Origin: a virus
Taxonomy: Duplodnaviria; Caudoviricetes
IMG/VR virus record: IMGVR_UViG_3300008262_003210
Reading direction: 5' to 3' (one strand)
Length of the DNA stretch: 64,000 nt
The position numbers and the translations under genes were made by a program. Positions 11,042-20,788 of this stretch are shown here, piece after piece (position 1 is the stretch's first letter; the number at the start of each line of letters is the position of its first letter). The notes beneath the pieces are model-generated. The model worked only from the letters and a program-made list of their open reading frames with translations, made no database searches and was not told the DNA's origin.

Positions 11042-11620
11042 ATGGCACGTTATAACACCGTAAATACGGCTACAACATCTAGCGGTACAGCTACATTTAG
11101 TACACCTACACAAGGTTTGCTTACAACACTAACTGGAGTAGCACCTTACACAGTTACACTAGCTATGCCAGCAATGTTTACCGGTATTACGCAGAGCTTT
11201 TTTAATAATACCGGTGGTGTAGTAACACTTACCACACCATCAGGAAATATACTTGGTGCAGGATTTTCAGGCGCAGTATCACAAACTATTCCTGCTAATG
11301 CTACCTATACTCTAACATCAGATGGAACTAACTATGTTATTGTTAACAACGAAGGTGGACCAATTTCAGCAACAACGTTAAGTGCCAGTGGCACAGTTAC
11401 ACTCAGCCCAACTACTGCTGGAGTTTCAATTAATCCTGCCAACGGCAACGTTGTTATAAGCCCAACAGGAACTGGAACTGTTACAATTAATCCGGCTGTA
11501 ACTGGGACAATTAACAAAGTAAATATTGGTGCATCAACTGCGGGCGACGCAACATTTAATACAGTTACATTGAATACAACACTTACTGGAAACGGCACTA
11601 TTGATGGAGGCACATTCTAA
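11042..11620 (+). CDS. Thr/Gly-rich tail-associated structural protein (192 aa)
   Basis: Repetitive beta-strand pattern (VTLSP/VSINP/VVISP/VTINP); ends IDGGTF; stop overlaps the next start (TAATG). Confidence 0.6.
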   Translation: MARYNTVNTATTSSGTATFSTPTQGLLTTLTGVAPYTVTLAMPAMFTGITQSFFNNTGGVVTLTTPSGNILGAGFSGAVSQTIPANATYTLTSDGTNYVIVNNEGGPISATTLSASGTVTLSPTTAGVSINPANGNVVISPTGTGTVTINPAVTGTINKVNIGASTAGDATFNTVTLNTTLTGNGTIDGGTF

Positions 11621-12579
11621 TGCCAACGATTAAATTAAAGACTAATAGCACACCAGGACAAGTTCCTTCTAGCTTAGATGTTGGAGAAATTGCTATGAAT
11701 ACTGGAGACGGTAATGTCTTTATAGGCACAGGCAGCGGTGTGGTTAAAATTGTAGGTACAGCAGCAAGATTTCCAGCAAATTCAGTTACGTTTACTGGAG
11801 GAACTGTAAATGGCACAGCAATAGGAACAACAACCCCAAGTAGCATAGCCGTTAGCAATCTTCAACTTAACAGCGGCCAAACAGTAAGTTCGGTTTCAAC
11901 GTCTACTAGTTTAGGTACAAGTAATACAACTCTTGCTACAAGAGATGCTGTTACAGGGTATGTTGACACCATGCGTGGCACACTTAAAAATATCTTTACA
12001 TACACCAGTGGTACAAATACCTACACAAAAAGTGGAACTGATGTAAAACAACTTAGAGTTATCTGTGTTGGCGGTGGAGGTGGTGGACGTGGTTACGGAG
12101 AAAGCGGCGGCGCTGGCGGATTTTCAGAAGCGTGGATTAATGCAACCGGTATAACAACAGTTACCGTGACCATAGGCGGTGGTGGCGGTGGTGGCGTGTA
12201 TTACGGATACAGTCCTAGCGGTGCAACTACAAGTTTTGGTGGATTTTGTTCAGCCAGCGGTGGCAACGGTGCAAATAATAATCAAGACCACACAGGCGGT
12301 CAAGGTGGTATTGGATCAGGTGGTAATTTAAATTTTCATGGCGGCGGCGGTCGCGGCCATATCAATTGTCACACAGCGAGTTATCATAATCCAGGACACG
12401 GCGGAAATAGTTTCTTTGGAGGGTCTACACCAGGTGTACACTATACTAGTAGATCCCAAGATAACTCTGCGTTTGGTGCAGGAGGCACAGGATCTAATTT
12501 CTATAACAACGGTGCCAATAATTACGACAGAGGTTTTGATGGTCAAACCGGTGTTTGTGTAGTTTACGAATATAAGTAA
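11620..12579 (+). CDS. Gly-rich tail fibre/spike paralogue 1
   Basis: N-terminal P.SL..GE.A.N..DG attachment motif; C-terminal Gly-rich domain (VICVGGGGGG...GESGGAGG) ending VYEYK. Confidence 0.7.
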   Translation: MPTIKLKTNSTPGQVPSSLDVGEIAMNTGDGNVFIGTGSGVVKIVGTAARFPANSVTFTGGTVNGTAIGTTTPSSIAVSNLQLNSGQTVSSVSTSTSLGTSNTTLATRDAVTGYVDTMRGTLKNIFTYTSGTNTYTKSGTDVKQLRVICVGGGGGGRGYGESGGAGGFSEAWINATGITTVTVTIGGGGGGGVYYGYSPSGATTSFGGFCSASGGNGANNNQDHTGGQGGIGSGGNLNFHGGGGRGHINCHTASYHNPGHGGNSFFGGSTPGVHYTSRSQDNSAFGAGGTGSNFYNNGANNYDRGFDGQTGVCVVYEYK

Positions 12580-12585
12580 AATATT

Positions 12586-14091
12586 ATGCCAAAAATTAAA
12601 GTTAAAACATCAACAACTGCATCAGCTGTTCCAGCTAATGGATCCCTAGAACAAGGGGAAATAGCTGTTAACTTAGCAGACAACAAAATTTACATGGGAA
12701 ATGCTTCAGGCAATCCGGTATTAATGGGAGATAGCCTTGGTAGGCAAGATTCAAATGCTGTTATAATTACTGGCGGCTCAATTAACAGTACAACTATAAG
12801 TGCAACTACAGGAAATTTTAGTTCTTTAGGCATGTCTTCTGAAAGAATATGGTACGATGAAGGCACAAATGCAGGAGCGTTTACAGCCAATTGGAACGAT
12901 GCAACTACAACTAACATGCCAGAATTTGGCGGGTTAGGGAATGTTACTGCACACGGTTGGACTGCTGGTCCTAGAAGCTACACTTTAAATCTAAATGGAA
13001 TTCCAACCCACACCGAAGTCAGATATCAAGTCTTTTGGCATCATGTAGATAGTATTGATAACGAAGCAAATGAATTATATACTACAAATAGTGCAGGATC
13101 GGAAGTTTTAAGAGTTGCATTCACAAGAACTAGCGGAACACCACCAAGTTACTCAACAATAGCAAGTGGAACAACAGTTAGATGGCATGCAAATCGTTGG
13201 TACTCAACTGCTCCGTGGGGAGGTGTAGGTAGAAATGTTGAACAAGGAGCCGGCAATGGATATATTGTAATGGATACTGGTTGGTATGCACATACTCCTA
13301 GTACATTTACTGCTAGACATTTTACTGGTGTTGATCAAGCTCAGTCAGACGAAGCAGTTTATCTTTCACATGTAAGACTTTGGATTAGAGGCGGCACTAG
13401 TACAGTAACAAGTATATCCACTTCGACTGCCTTAGATACCAGTGCAACAACCCTAGCAACACAAGGTGCAATCAAATCGTACATTGACACAAACATGTCA
13501 GGTTTGGTAAAAAATGTCTTTACATACACCAGTGGTACAAACACCTACACAAAAAGCGGTACAGATGTTAAAAGAATAAGGGTCATTTGTATTGGTGGAG
13601 GTGGTGGTGGACGAGGCTATGGCGAAAGTGGTGGCGCAGGCGGCTACGCTGAACGAACACTTGACGCGGCCAGCATTTCTACTGTAACTGTCACAATAGG
13701 TGGTGGTGGCGGAGGTGGTGGCTATTTTGGTTACAGCCCAGCAGGCGGAACTACTAGTTTTGGCAGTTATCTCAGTGCCTCTGGCGGCTCTGGTGCTAAC
13801 AATCACGGATCACACATTGGCGGACACGGCGGTATTGGATCGCAAGGCGACGTAAATTCTTATGGTGGCGGCGGCATGGGTCACAACAACGGACGGAATA
13901 ACCCCTCTAATTCAGCAGTAGGTCGAGGCGGCGGCAGTTTCTTTGGAGGATCTAGAAATAGTCATCATAGTGCTTCTCGACCAGCAGACCACGGAGCACC
14001 AGGTGCGGGTGCTTCTGGATCGGTCGGTGATTCAGGCGGTGCTGGTTCGGACGGCCGTACAGGAATTTGCATAGTTTATGAACTAAGGTAA
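12586..14091 (+). CDS. Gly-rich tail fibre/spike paralogue 2 with an extra internal domain
   Basis: Same N- and C-terminal modules as paralogues 1 and 3, plus a unique Trp/His-rich insert of roughly 180 aa. Confidence 0.7.
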   Translation: MPKIKVKTSTTASAVPANGSLEQGEIAVNLADNKIYMGNASGNPVLMGDSLGRQDSNAVIITGGSINSTTISATTGNFSSLGMSSERIWYDEGTNAGAFTANWNDATTTNMPEFGGLGNVTAHGWTAGPRSYTLNLNGIPTHTEVRYQVFWHHVDSIDNEANELYTTNSAGSEVLRVAFTRTSGTPPSYSTIASGTTVRWHANRWYSTAPWGGVGRNVEQGAGNGYIVMDTGWYAHTPSTFTARHFTGVDQAQSDEAVYLSHVRLWIRGGTSTVTSISTSTALDTSATTLATQGAIKSYIDTNMSGLVKNVFTYTSGTNTYTKSGTDVKRIRVICIGGGGGGRGYGESGGAGGYAERTLDAASISTVTVTIGGGGGGGGYFGYSPAGGTTSFGSYLSASGGSGANNHGSHIGGHGGIGSQGDVNSYGGGGMGHNNGRNNPSNSAVGRGGGSFFGGSRNSHHSASRPADHGAPGAGASGSVGDSGGAGSDGRTGICIVYELR

Positions 14092-14097
14092 GGAAAA

Positions 14098-15045
14098 ATG
14101 CCAAAATACAAATTTAAAAATTCAAATACAGCATCAACTGTTCCTAGCTCTTTAGTAGCAGGAGAAGTTGCATTTAATCTGTCAGACGGAAGAGGTTGGC
14201 AAGGAAATAGTGCAGCATCAGTTACAAAAATTATAGACACAGTTGGTAAACAGGCAGCAAATAATGTAGCTATAACCGGAGGTTCTCTTGCTGTAACTAG
14301 TGTTGGTGCTACAGCTCAGGCCGCAGCAGTTGCAACTTCAACTACAATTGGCGGAACAGCATTGGCTAATATATCTTCAGATCCAAGATCTGTTGCCACA
14401 AACGCTGTTTTAACTAATTATGCAGCTCAAAATTTAGCAGTTGAAGCTGGATCAAAGTTAAAAAATGTCTTTACATACACTGGCGGAACAAATACCTATA
14501 CAAAAAGCGGCGATGATGTTAGAATAATACATGTAATAGTCTGCGGAGGTGGCGGTGGTGGCCGTGCGTATGCCGAATCAGGCGGCGCCGGCGGGTACGC
14601 TGAAAGAGTAATAGATGCTACTGGTATAACAACTGTTACAGTAACAGTTGGTGGCGGCGGAGCAGGCGGGGCATATTTTGGATTTAGCCCCGGCGGATCT
14701 ACAACTAGTTTTGGAGGATTTGTTTCAGCACCAGGAGGTGGTGGCGCAAATGCTCACATACAGCATAATGGTGGTTTAGGTGGACTAGGATCAGGCGGAC
14801 AACTAAATGTGTGGGGAGGTGGCGGTGGTGGCCACAACAATCAAGATCAATATAACGGTAACGGTGCTCCCGGACACGGTGGAGTAAGCTTCTTTGGCGG
14901 CTCTCAACCTAGTGGGCACGGTGGTCAACAACCATCAGATGTAGCAGCTTGGGGTTCAGGTGGAGTAGCAACTAACCCAGCCCATAACGGCCAAGGCGGC
15001 AGAAATGGCAAGGGCGGAATTTGTATTGTTTATGAATATAAATAA
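14098..15045 (+). CDS. Gly-rich tail fibre/spike paralogue 3
   Basis: Same modules (VPSSLVAGEVAFNLSDG; LKNVFTYTGGTNTYTKSG; VYEYK). Confidence 0.7.
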   Translation: MPKYKFKNSNTASTVPSSLVAGEVAFNLSDGRGWQGNSAASVTKIIDTVGKQAANNVAITGGSLAVTSVGATAQAAAVATSTTIGGTALANISSDPRSVATNAVLTNYAAQNLAVEAGSKLKNVFTYTGGTNTYTKSGDDVRIIHVIVCGGGGGGRAYAESGGAGGYAERVIDATGITTVTVTVGGGGAGGAYFGFSPGGSTTSFGGFVSAPGGGGANAHIQHNGGLGGLGSGGQLNVWGGGGGGHNNQDQYNGNGAPGHGGVSFFGGSQPSGHGGQQPSDVAAWGSGGVATNPAHNGQGGRNGKGGICIVYEYK

Positions 15046-15063
15046 AAAATAGGAATTAGGAAC

Positions 15064-15459
15064 ATGAAAAGAGCATTAGTTGATAAAAGATTTTGGACTG
15101 TATGTCAAATACTAGGACCAGACGAAAACGAGTTTGAAACAACCTCAGATTTTATCTGGGTTGACTGCCCTGATAATTGCGAATCAGCCTGGGGATACGA
15201 CGAAGACACAAGAGAATTCACAGACCCACATGCTCATGCAAGGGACGAATTTGGAAATCCAATTGAACCATTTTACATGCAAAGAATGAGAGCATATCCT
15301 CCCATGGGTGATCAATTAGATATGTTGTTTAAAGAAATAAGAGATACTGGTACAATTTCTTCGGACGGACAATGGTTCCAATCCATACAGACTGTCAAAG
15401 ATACTGTTCCTAAACCAGGTGCAGAAGGCGATCCTGGAAATTACCTTCCTCCTACCTAA
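15064..15459 (+). CDS. Putative tail fibre assembly chaperone (131 aa)
   Basis: R..AYPPMGDQLDML...W...I..VKD..PKP motif; directly follows the fibre genes. Confidence 0.6.
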   Translation: MKRALVDKRFWTVCQILGPDENEFETTSDFIWVDCPDNCESAWGYDEDTREFTDPHAHARDEFGNPIEPFYMQRMRAYPPMGDQLDMLFKEIRDTGTISSDGQWFQSIQTVKDTVPKPGAEGDPGNYLPPT

Positions 15460-16056
15460 TCACCATACACCAAAGTTAACTACACATCTGTGTCCGGTAG
15501 TTGGCCTAGTGCTAGTATGATAACGAGAGCCATCAAATACGATGGCTCTTCCTTTTTTAGGTGTAATACTCTTAAAAATTTGTAAATTTTCTTTTTTAAG
15601 ATCATCAGGCGGAATGTCTCTAAAAGTTTTGTCATATATTACAGTATCTCCGTCGCTGTCTGTAACATAATATAGAACTACAATATGACTAACTTCTCTA
15701 TCAACATGCGGATGGTCTAATGCACTTTCTAAATTTGGCAGTGGGATAGTTAAAAAACTTCTTGCAGCAATAACTTCGTTTACATGAAATTTAATTTTTT
15801 CGCAAGCATTATATACAATAGGTAAAACTAGTCCGTATCCAGGACTGATAATTCCAGCAGTCCTGTCATAGAATTTATGAGCAAATGCAGGTTTAGCAAC
15901 TGCTACATTTAATTCGTTAAATTTTTCATTGTCAAATGTTATATCTCTCATATAATGCCAAGTTATATTATTTCCCAGCATCTGAGTTTCTATCAAATCT
16001 TGATATTGTTTAGGAACAATATCATCTAATACAACAACGTCGTCTATTATAAGCAT
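15460..16056 (-). CDS. Fe(II)/2OG oxygenase (HxD class)
   Basis: PHVD...LYYV.DSDGDT...PKKGRAIVFDG..YH...R..VNF. Confidence 0.8.
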   Translation of the reverse strand: MLIIDDVVVLDDIVPKQYQDLIETQMLGNNITWHYMRDITFDNEKFNELNVAVAKPAFAHKFYDRTAGIISPGYGLVLPIVYNACEKIKFHVNEVIAARSFLTIPLPNLESALDHPHVDREVSHIVVLYYVTDSDGDTVIYDKTFRDIPPDDLKKENLQIFKSITPKKGRAIVFDGSRYHTSTRPTTGHRCVVNFGVW

Positions 16057-16628
16057 ATTGAATTAAATGAAATAACTATCCTTGGTTGCGTTCCTTGATA
16101 CACGTCGGCATCGTGTAGCAACATACTAGGAAATAAAACTAAATTTCCAGGAGAACAATTAACAGTAAAATGTTCATCGGCAAATTCTAAACCAAGTTTT
16201 CTTTCCATGTAATAAGGCAAGTACCAGTTATTACTTCCTCCTTTATTGTTTTCACTATCAACATAAAAAATACCAGACCAAGTTGAACCAGGGTGATGAT
16301 GGGGTTTGTGATACCCGCCACATCTAGTAACATGTGCCCAACTTTCGGTAATTACTGTTCTGTAATTAGTGTTGTTAAAATTATTAATTAATGCAGTAGA
16401 TTCTTGTATCAACCATAATTTTAAATTATTAATATCTGTTTGTTTTTCTAAAAAATCAAACGATGACTCCCATAAATTTAATTTGGCATTAACTGCTATA
16501 TTAGATTCTACAGTATTAGGGATTTCAGCTTTAAGGCAAGTCTCGACTATTGTTTTCTTATTATCCTCAAATTCTTTCCATGTACTTGTAAGTAAAGGAA
16601 TTTTTCCTAATAGCGTAAATTGTCTCAT
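16047..16628 (-). CDS. Fe(II)/2OG oxygenase-like (HxH, TIGR02466-type)
   Basis: ESWAHV...PHHHPGSTWSGIFYV...G.LVLFPSMLLH...RIVISFN. Confidence 0.8.
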   Translation of the reverse strand: MRQFTLLGKIPLLTSTWKEFEDNKKTIVETCLKAEIPNTVESNIAVNAKLNLWESSFDFLEKQTDINNLKLWLIQESTALINNFNNTNYRTVITESWAHVTRCGGYHKPHHHPGSTWSGIFYVDSENNKGGSNNWYLPYYMERKLGLEFADEHFTVNCSPGNLVLFPSMLLHDADVYQGTQPRIVISFNSICL

Positions 16629-17362
16629 TTATCTATCTCTAAATCTTTAGATTCTAAAATGTATTTTACTTTATTTTTAATAAAACTTCTCCAACCAAAT
16701 CTTGATAGTTTGTTTAAATTAAGAAGATTAGAAAATCTTTTATGATCTTTTTCAGTATATGATTTAGACTCTGCGTGTATAGTTTCTCTTTTATAAGGAA
16801 TCACTTGCACTAACGGATCACCCATTTTAATTAATGTATCTTTTTTTTCAAAAAACATTAGATTTATAGGATTGCGATTTAGCATACTATCTGTATCAAC
16901 TATTGCGGGTAATGCTTGATAATTTTTATTGTGATAAAAATAAGGCAACCACATTAGGCCATACCCTTGTTCGGTTACAATACTCCAGGGGCTATTTAAT
17001 TTAATAGACATTCGTAATTCAAACTGATTGCCAATAGTATCTCCTATCTGTTCCGAAGAATGAATTTCATACCCGTAATCAGTATTGCTCATTTCTATTT
17101 TTACAGAATCCTCAAAAAAAGATACTTGTATATCGCACCATGCAGGAATGATATAACCTGCTTTTGTATAATTTGATATAGCCGGGCATTGCCTAATTGT
17201 TAACTGACTTGCAGATTTACTGTGGTCAAAAGGACAAATCTCACCAACCGGCAGATTTTTAAATTCGTCAGGAAAGTATTTTTCTGCCGGAATAACTGGA
17301 GCATAGTTTCTTATAGCCCAATCAGGACAACTAAATGTTATTTGATTATTACTCATTGGCAA
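16625..17362 (-). CDS. DUF6065-like protein (dUTPase-like beta fold suspected)
   Basis: CPAISNYTKAGYIIP...KLNSPW...LPAIVDTD...IKMGDPLVQVIPYKR. Confidence 0.55.
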   Translation of the reverse strand: MPMSNNQITFSCPDWAIRNYAPVIPAEKYFPDEFKNLPVGEICPFDHSKSASQLTIRQCPAISNYTKAGYIIPAWCDIQVSFFEDSVKIEMSNTDYGYEIHSSEQIGDTIGNQFELRMSIKLNSPWSIVTEQGYGLMWLPYFYHNKNYQALPAIVDTDSMLNRNPINLMFFEKKDTLIKMGDPLVQVIPYKRETIHAESKSYTEKDHKRFSNLLNLNKLSRFGWRSFIKNKVKYILESKDLEIDK

Positions 17363-17939
17363 ATATATCCACTGATATTGTCAGTGTCATAACTAGCCTA
17401 TTTTCTTGACTAGAATTTATTTCAGTTTTATGATGTAAAAATCCAGGGAAAAAGATCACATCATTCTGGTTAACTTCTAAAATAGTCCAGTCATTTTTGT
17501 TATTTTTTGGAAAACCAGAAAATGTATATTGTAACGGATCTTTAAACATTATATTTCCGCCTAATTTAGGTTGTTTTAAATAGATAACAATATTTTGATG
17601 ACACATTGCATGATCATGCTCATCTGTCCATGCGCCTGGGGGATGTAAGTTTACCCAGCTTCTGTGTACACGTCTTGGACGGTCAACAAAATTAGATGTA
17701 TCCCACACTATTTTACTTTGTTGAATTAACCACTCTTTTAGATCTTTACAAACAGGATCATTAATTAAGTTGTTTATAGTACTGTATGTAGACTTGCCAC
17801 CGTTTTTTTCTAAATTATGATTTGAATTTTCATTAAAGTATGTCAAAAATTTACTAGAAATATTTGTTAAATCTCCGGGATAAACAGATTTATGTATTAA
17901 ACTAGGCCAAAGATTTATGTGTTCGATTGATGACGTCAT
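17349..17939 (-). CDS. Fe(II)/2OG oxygenase-like (HxH)
   Basis: SWVNLH...EHDH...IYLKQP..GGNI.F...VIFFPGFLHH...RLVMTL. Confidence 0.8.
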   Translation of the reverse strand: MTSSIEHINLWPSLIHKSVYPGDLTNISSKFLTYFNENSNHNLEKNGGKSTYSTINNLINDPVCKDLKEWLIQQSKIVWDTSNFVDRPRRVHRSWVNLHPPGAWTDEHDHAMCHQNIVIYLKQPKLGGNIMFKDPLQYTFSGFPKNNKNDWTILEVNQNDVIFFPGFLHHKTEINSSQENRLVMTLTISVDIFANE

Positions 17940-17940
17940 A

Positions 17941-18528
17941 TTATTCTACCAATTCGATCCACGTTGACATAATGTATTTTGTTCCAGACAGCGGAGGATT
18001 TCCTCGATGAGTGTGTGTATAACTTGCAGGCGCAATAATCATTGTTCCCCGTTTTGGCGGGATTCTTACAGACTGATATAAAAATTCTGTTTCCCCACCA
18101 TGTTCAATATCATTTAGATATAGCAACACAAATGCCAGTCGTCTTGCTGTTCCTATGTTTGCATGTTCACAATGCCATACATGATAGCCTTGCCTAGGTT
18201 CTGTTTTTTGTATTTTTACAGATTCACTTATGGCTTGTTTTGATATACTATTCAAAACTCCAATTTCATTAGAATACGATAAAAAATTAGCTCTAATTGA
18301 TTGATTAAATTCTTTTAAAATATTACTGTTGATATTAATTATAAAATCGTCAACCTCGTTTTCAACAAAATACTTTTCGTCGTCTTTGTTAATTTTTAAA
18401 GCACCGTCGTGTTGCTGTCGATTTAACGTTCTCCCTTCAGATTGCATTCTTTCAAAATGTGCAATCGCTCTATTACAGAAATCATCTGTTACAGAATTTG
18501 AATAAACTTTTATAAAAAAATCATTCAT
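17941..18528 (-). CDS. Fe(II)/2OG oxygenase (prolyl-hydroxylase-like, HxE)
   Basis: GYHVWHCE...LYLND...GGETEF...PKRGT.IIAP..YTHTHRGNPP..GTKYIMSTW. Confidence 0.85.
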   Translation of the reverse strand: MNDFFIKVYSNSVTDDFCNRAIAHFERMQSEGRTLNRQQHDGALKINKDDEKYFVENEVDDFIININSNILKEFNQSIRANFLSYSNEIGVLNSISKQAISESVKIQKTEPRQGYHVWHCEHANIGTARRLAFVLLYLNDIEHGGETEFLYQSVRIPPKRGTMIIAPASYTHTHRGNPPLSGTKYIMSTWIELVE

Positions 18529-20110
18529 ATTTGTTTTTTAAATATTGATATAATGTCGTAGCAGAATCAGCAAATTCGTTTCTTTCGGCTAGGTCAGCAT
18601 CCCATTTGTGCCAACATATATCCTTTAAGTAAGTCACGTACTCTGTATTAGCATTCCTAAACAACGTTCTTTTTAGTAAACTACTATCAATTGGAAACAG
18701 ATTCATTCCTGTGGCAATCATCATAGATCCGCCCATTTCTATATCATATAAATGACTTACAAATTTTCTATGTATTAGACTGTCTATTCCGTAAGTTGCA
18801 TAAACACCTAACTGCATAGTTTTAGGATAATTACGTTTTTGAGCAGCTTGCCAATAAGGTGTTTGATCTCTGTGACTCATAGCATAATGTAAGGCTACAA
18901 ATTCTGCAAACGCTCTAAAATCTCCTCTACATGCTTCGTTAAAAGCAGTTTTATCAAACTGACTTACCGAGTTTCTATTAAGTATTGCAACCAGTTTTAA
19001 TAAAAATTCATGAACTGTATACAAACCGTTAGACTCTAATGGTTCAATAAAGCCGGCAGCAAGTCCAATTCCACAAACATTTTTGTGATAAATTTCTTTG
19101 TGTATTCCTACTCTCATCTTAATGTTTTTAAATTCTAAAGAGTCAATAACAGATTTAGGAATTGGAACTTCTCTTTCGTTTTCTAAATATTGTTTAAATT
19201 CTTCAAGAGCAGCATCGTCAGAAATAAATTTATCACTATAAACATATCCAGTACCAGTACGACTCCATAATGGAATGTTCCAAACCCACCCATTTCCTAT
19301 AGCTGTGCAATTAGTAAATGGCTCTAGTTCTTTCTCTTTATCTTGAAACGGGATACGTGTTGCCCATGCGCTGTTGTTAGGTAATAAATCATTATAACTT
19401 TCAAACGGTGTGTGTAATGCTTTATCTAACAATATAGATTTAAAACCGGTGCAATCTAAGAATAAATCAGCAGTAACTATATCACCGTTATCTAATACTA
19501 AAGACTGAATTCCGTCGTCTTCCACTTGTACAGACAACACTTCTGCTTGAATGTGTACAACTCCTTTTGGAATAGCGTATGAATCTCTTAACCATGCACC
19601 AAACTTTGCCGCATCAAAATGATAAGCAACATCTCTATCAAAATTCCAGCCTGGTATTTCGTTGTTTTTATTATCGGTAATTTTATTTTTATTAACTAAT
19701 GCCATGGCCGGAAAGAATGTATCGGCAAAATTTGAGACAGGTATCTCAGGTTGCATTGCTTTTCTTGTGTACCAGTCATTAACTCCGTAAGGAAAGAATT
19801 TATTGTCAAATAGCGGGACTCCAAACGGGTAATGAAATGCCCCAGCATTTTCTTTGTAAAAATTAGTGAATTTGATGCTCATTTTATAACTAGCATCACA
19901 TTGTTTCATCCAGTCGTCGTCTTTTATGTCGAGGTCATGCAGCCATTCGTTTATCTGCCCAATAGTACTTTCGCCTACGCCCACAGTTGGGACGTTAGGG
20001 CTTTCGATTACATAAATTTCTTTGTTTGGAAAATTTTTAATTAGCGTTGCTGCGCTCATCCATCCGGCGCTGCCGCCGCCTACTATAACAATTTTATTAA
20101 CAATACTCAT
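18521..20110 (-). CDS. Flavin-dependent halogenase, tryptophan halogenase (PrnA)-like, copy 1
   Basis: GGGSAG FAD motif, GVGES, ASYK (catalytic Lys position), GWVWNIP, FIEPLESNG; own GGAG RBS. Confidence 0.85.
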   Translation of the reverse strand: MSIVNKIVIVGGGSAGWMSAATLIKNFPNKEIYVIESPNVPTVGVGESTIGQINEWLHDLDIKDDDWMKQCDASYKMSIKFTNFYKENAGAFHYPFGVPLFDNKFFPYGVNDWYTRKAMQPEIPVSNFADTFFPAMALVNKNKITDNKNNEIPGWNFDRDVAYHFDAAKFGAWLRDSYAIPKGVVHIQAEVLSVQVEDDGIQSLVLDNGDIVTADLFLDCTGFKSILLDKALHTPFESYNDLLPNNSAWATRIPFQDKEKELEPFTNCTAIGNGWVWNIPLWSRTGTGYVYSDKFISDDAALEEFKQYLENEREVPIPKSVIDSLEFKNIKMRVGIHKEIYHKNVCGIGLAAGFIEPLESNGLYTVHEFLLKLVAILNRNSVSQFDKTAFNEACRGDFRAFAEFVALHYAMSHRDQTPYWQAAQKRNYPKTMQLGVYATYGIDSLIHRKFVSHLYDIEMGGSMMIATGMNLFPIDSSLLKRTLFRNANTEYVTYLKDICWHKWDADLAERNEFADSATTLYQYLKNKYE

Positions 20111-20140
20111 GTTACTCCAATCTAATGTATATAATAATTA

Positions 20141-20788
20141 TCACATTGTAGAGTCTACTATAACATTTCCTGAAATTGTTATTCTATGCTTGTCTGAAGA
20201 TAAAAATGGGTAAACCAAATGTTTCATTTGAGACGGAAAAAATAAAACAGTACCTTCATACTTGCTTTCTGCAAAAAACGGTAACATAGTAATTTCCCCA
20301 AATACATTTGTATAGACAAAATTAAACGTTGTTGCTAACGGGTAATTAGAGCTAGAAACACAAGGCATCTCCATCTCTGTTTTTAAATCATACGGAATGT
20401 TTACCCAAATAACAAAACTAAAAACACCAGTATGATCATGTAACGGATTGTATTCGGTTTTCTTTTGAAAATTAACCCATATAGGATCCAACTTAAAAGA
20501 TATTGTTTTTACGGACGGGTGTTTTCTTAGAATTTCAGACTTATAGTTCCAGGCAAGCATATATTCGCCTGCCATTTCAAGCACAGTAGATTCTATAAGT
20601 GTTTGACACCTATCTAAATAAAATTGATATTCTAAATGGCCTGCTAGATTTTTTTGAATTTTAGGATGGTCTTCAATTGCATTTTCAATAAGTGCAACTT
20701 CTTCTTTAATTTTTAAAAGAATATCATCAGGTATAGTAGCTATAGAATAGCCATAATTTGGAAACGCTTTATGTTCAATTTTCATCAT
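20141..20788 (-). CDS. Fe(II)/2OG oxygenase-like (HxH)
   Basis: WVNFQ...NPLHDHTGVFSFVIWV...GTVLFFPS.MKH.VYPF...RITISGN. Confidence 0.8.
   Translation of the reverse strand: MMKIEHKAFPNYGYSIATIPDDILLKIKEEVALIENAIEDHPKIQKNLAGHLEYQFYLDRCQTLIESTVLEMAGEYMLAWNYKSEILRKHPSVKTISFKLDPIWVNFQKKTEYNPLHDHTGVFSFVIWVNIPYDLKTEMEMPCVSSSNYPLATTFNFVYTNVFGEITMLPFFAESKYEGTVLFFPSQMKHLVYPFLSSDKHRITISGNVIVDSTM

Noticed and set aside
365-13806. Short alternative-frame and antisense ORFs inside the structural genes (e.g. 2478-2894, 11332-11613, 12690-12917)
   Set aside because: Shadows of long biased-codon genes; no RBS or promoter and no recognisable motifs.
12571-15044. TATAAGTA (12571) and TATAAATA (15037) as late promoters
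   Set aside because: Both are produced by the Tyr-Lys-stop codons of the paralogues, so they may be coincidental; not counted among the leaderless cases.
11620-15045. Diversity-generating retroelement acting on the fibre tips
   Set aside because: No reverse transcriptase in the window, and no template/variable repeat pair differing specifically at adenines.
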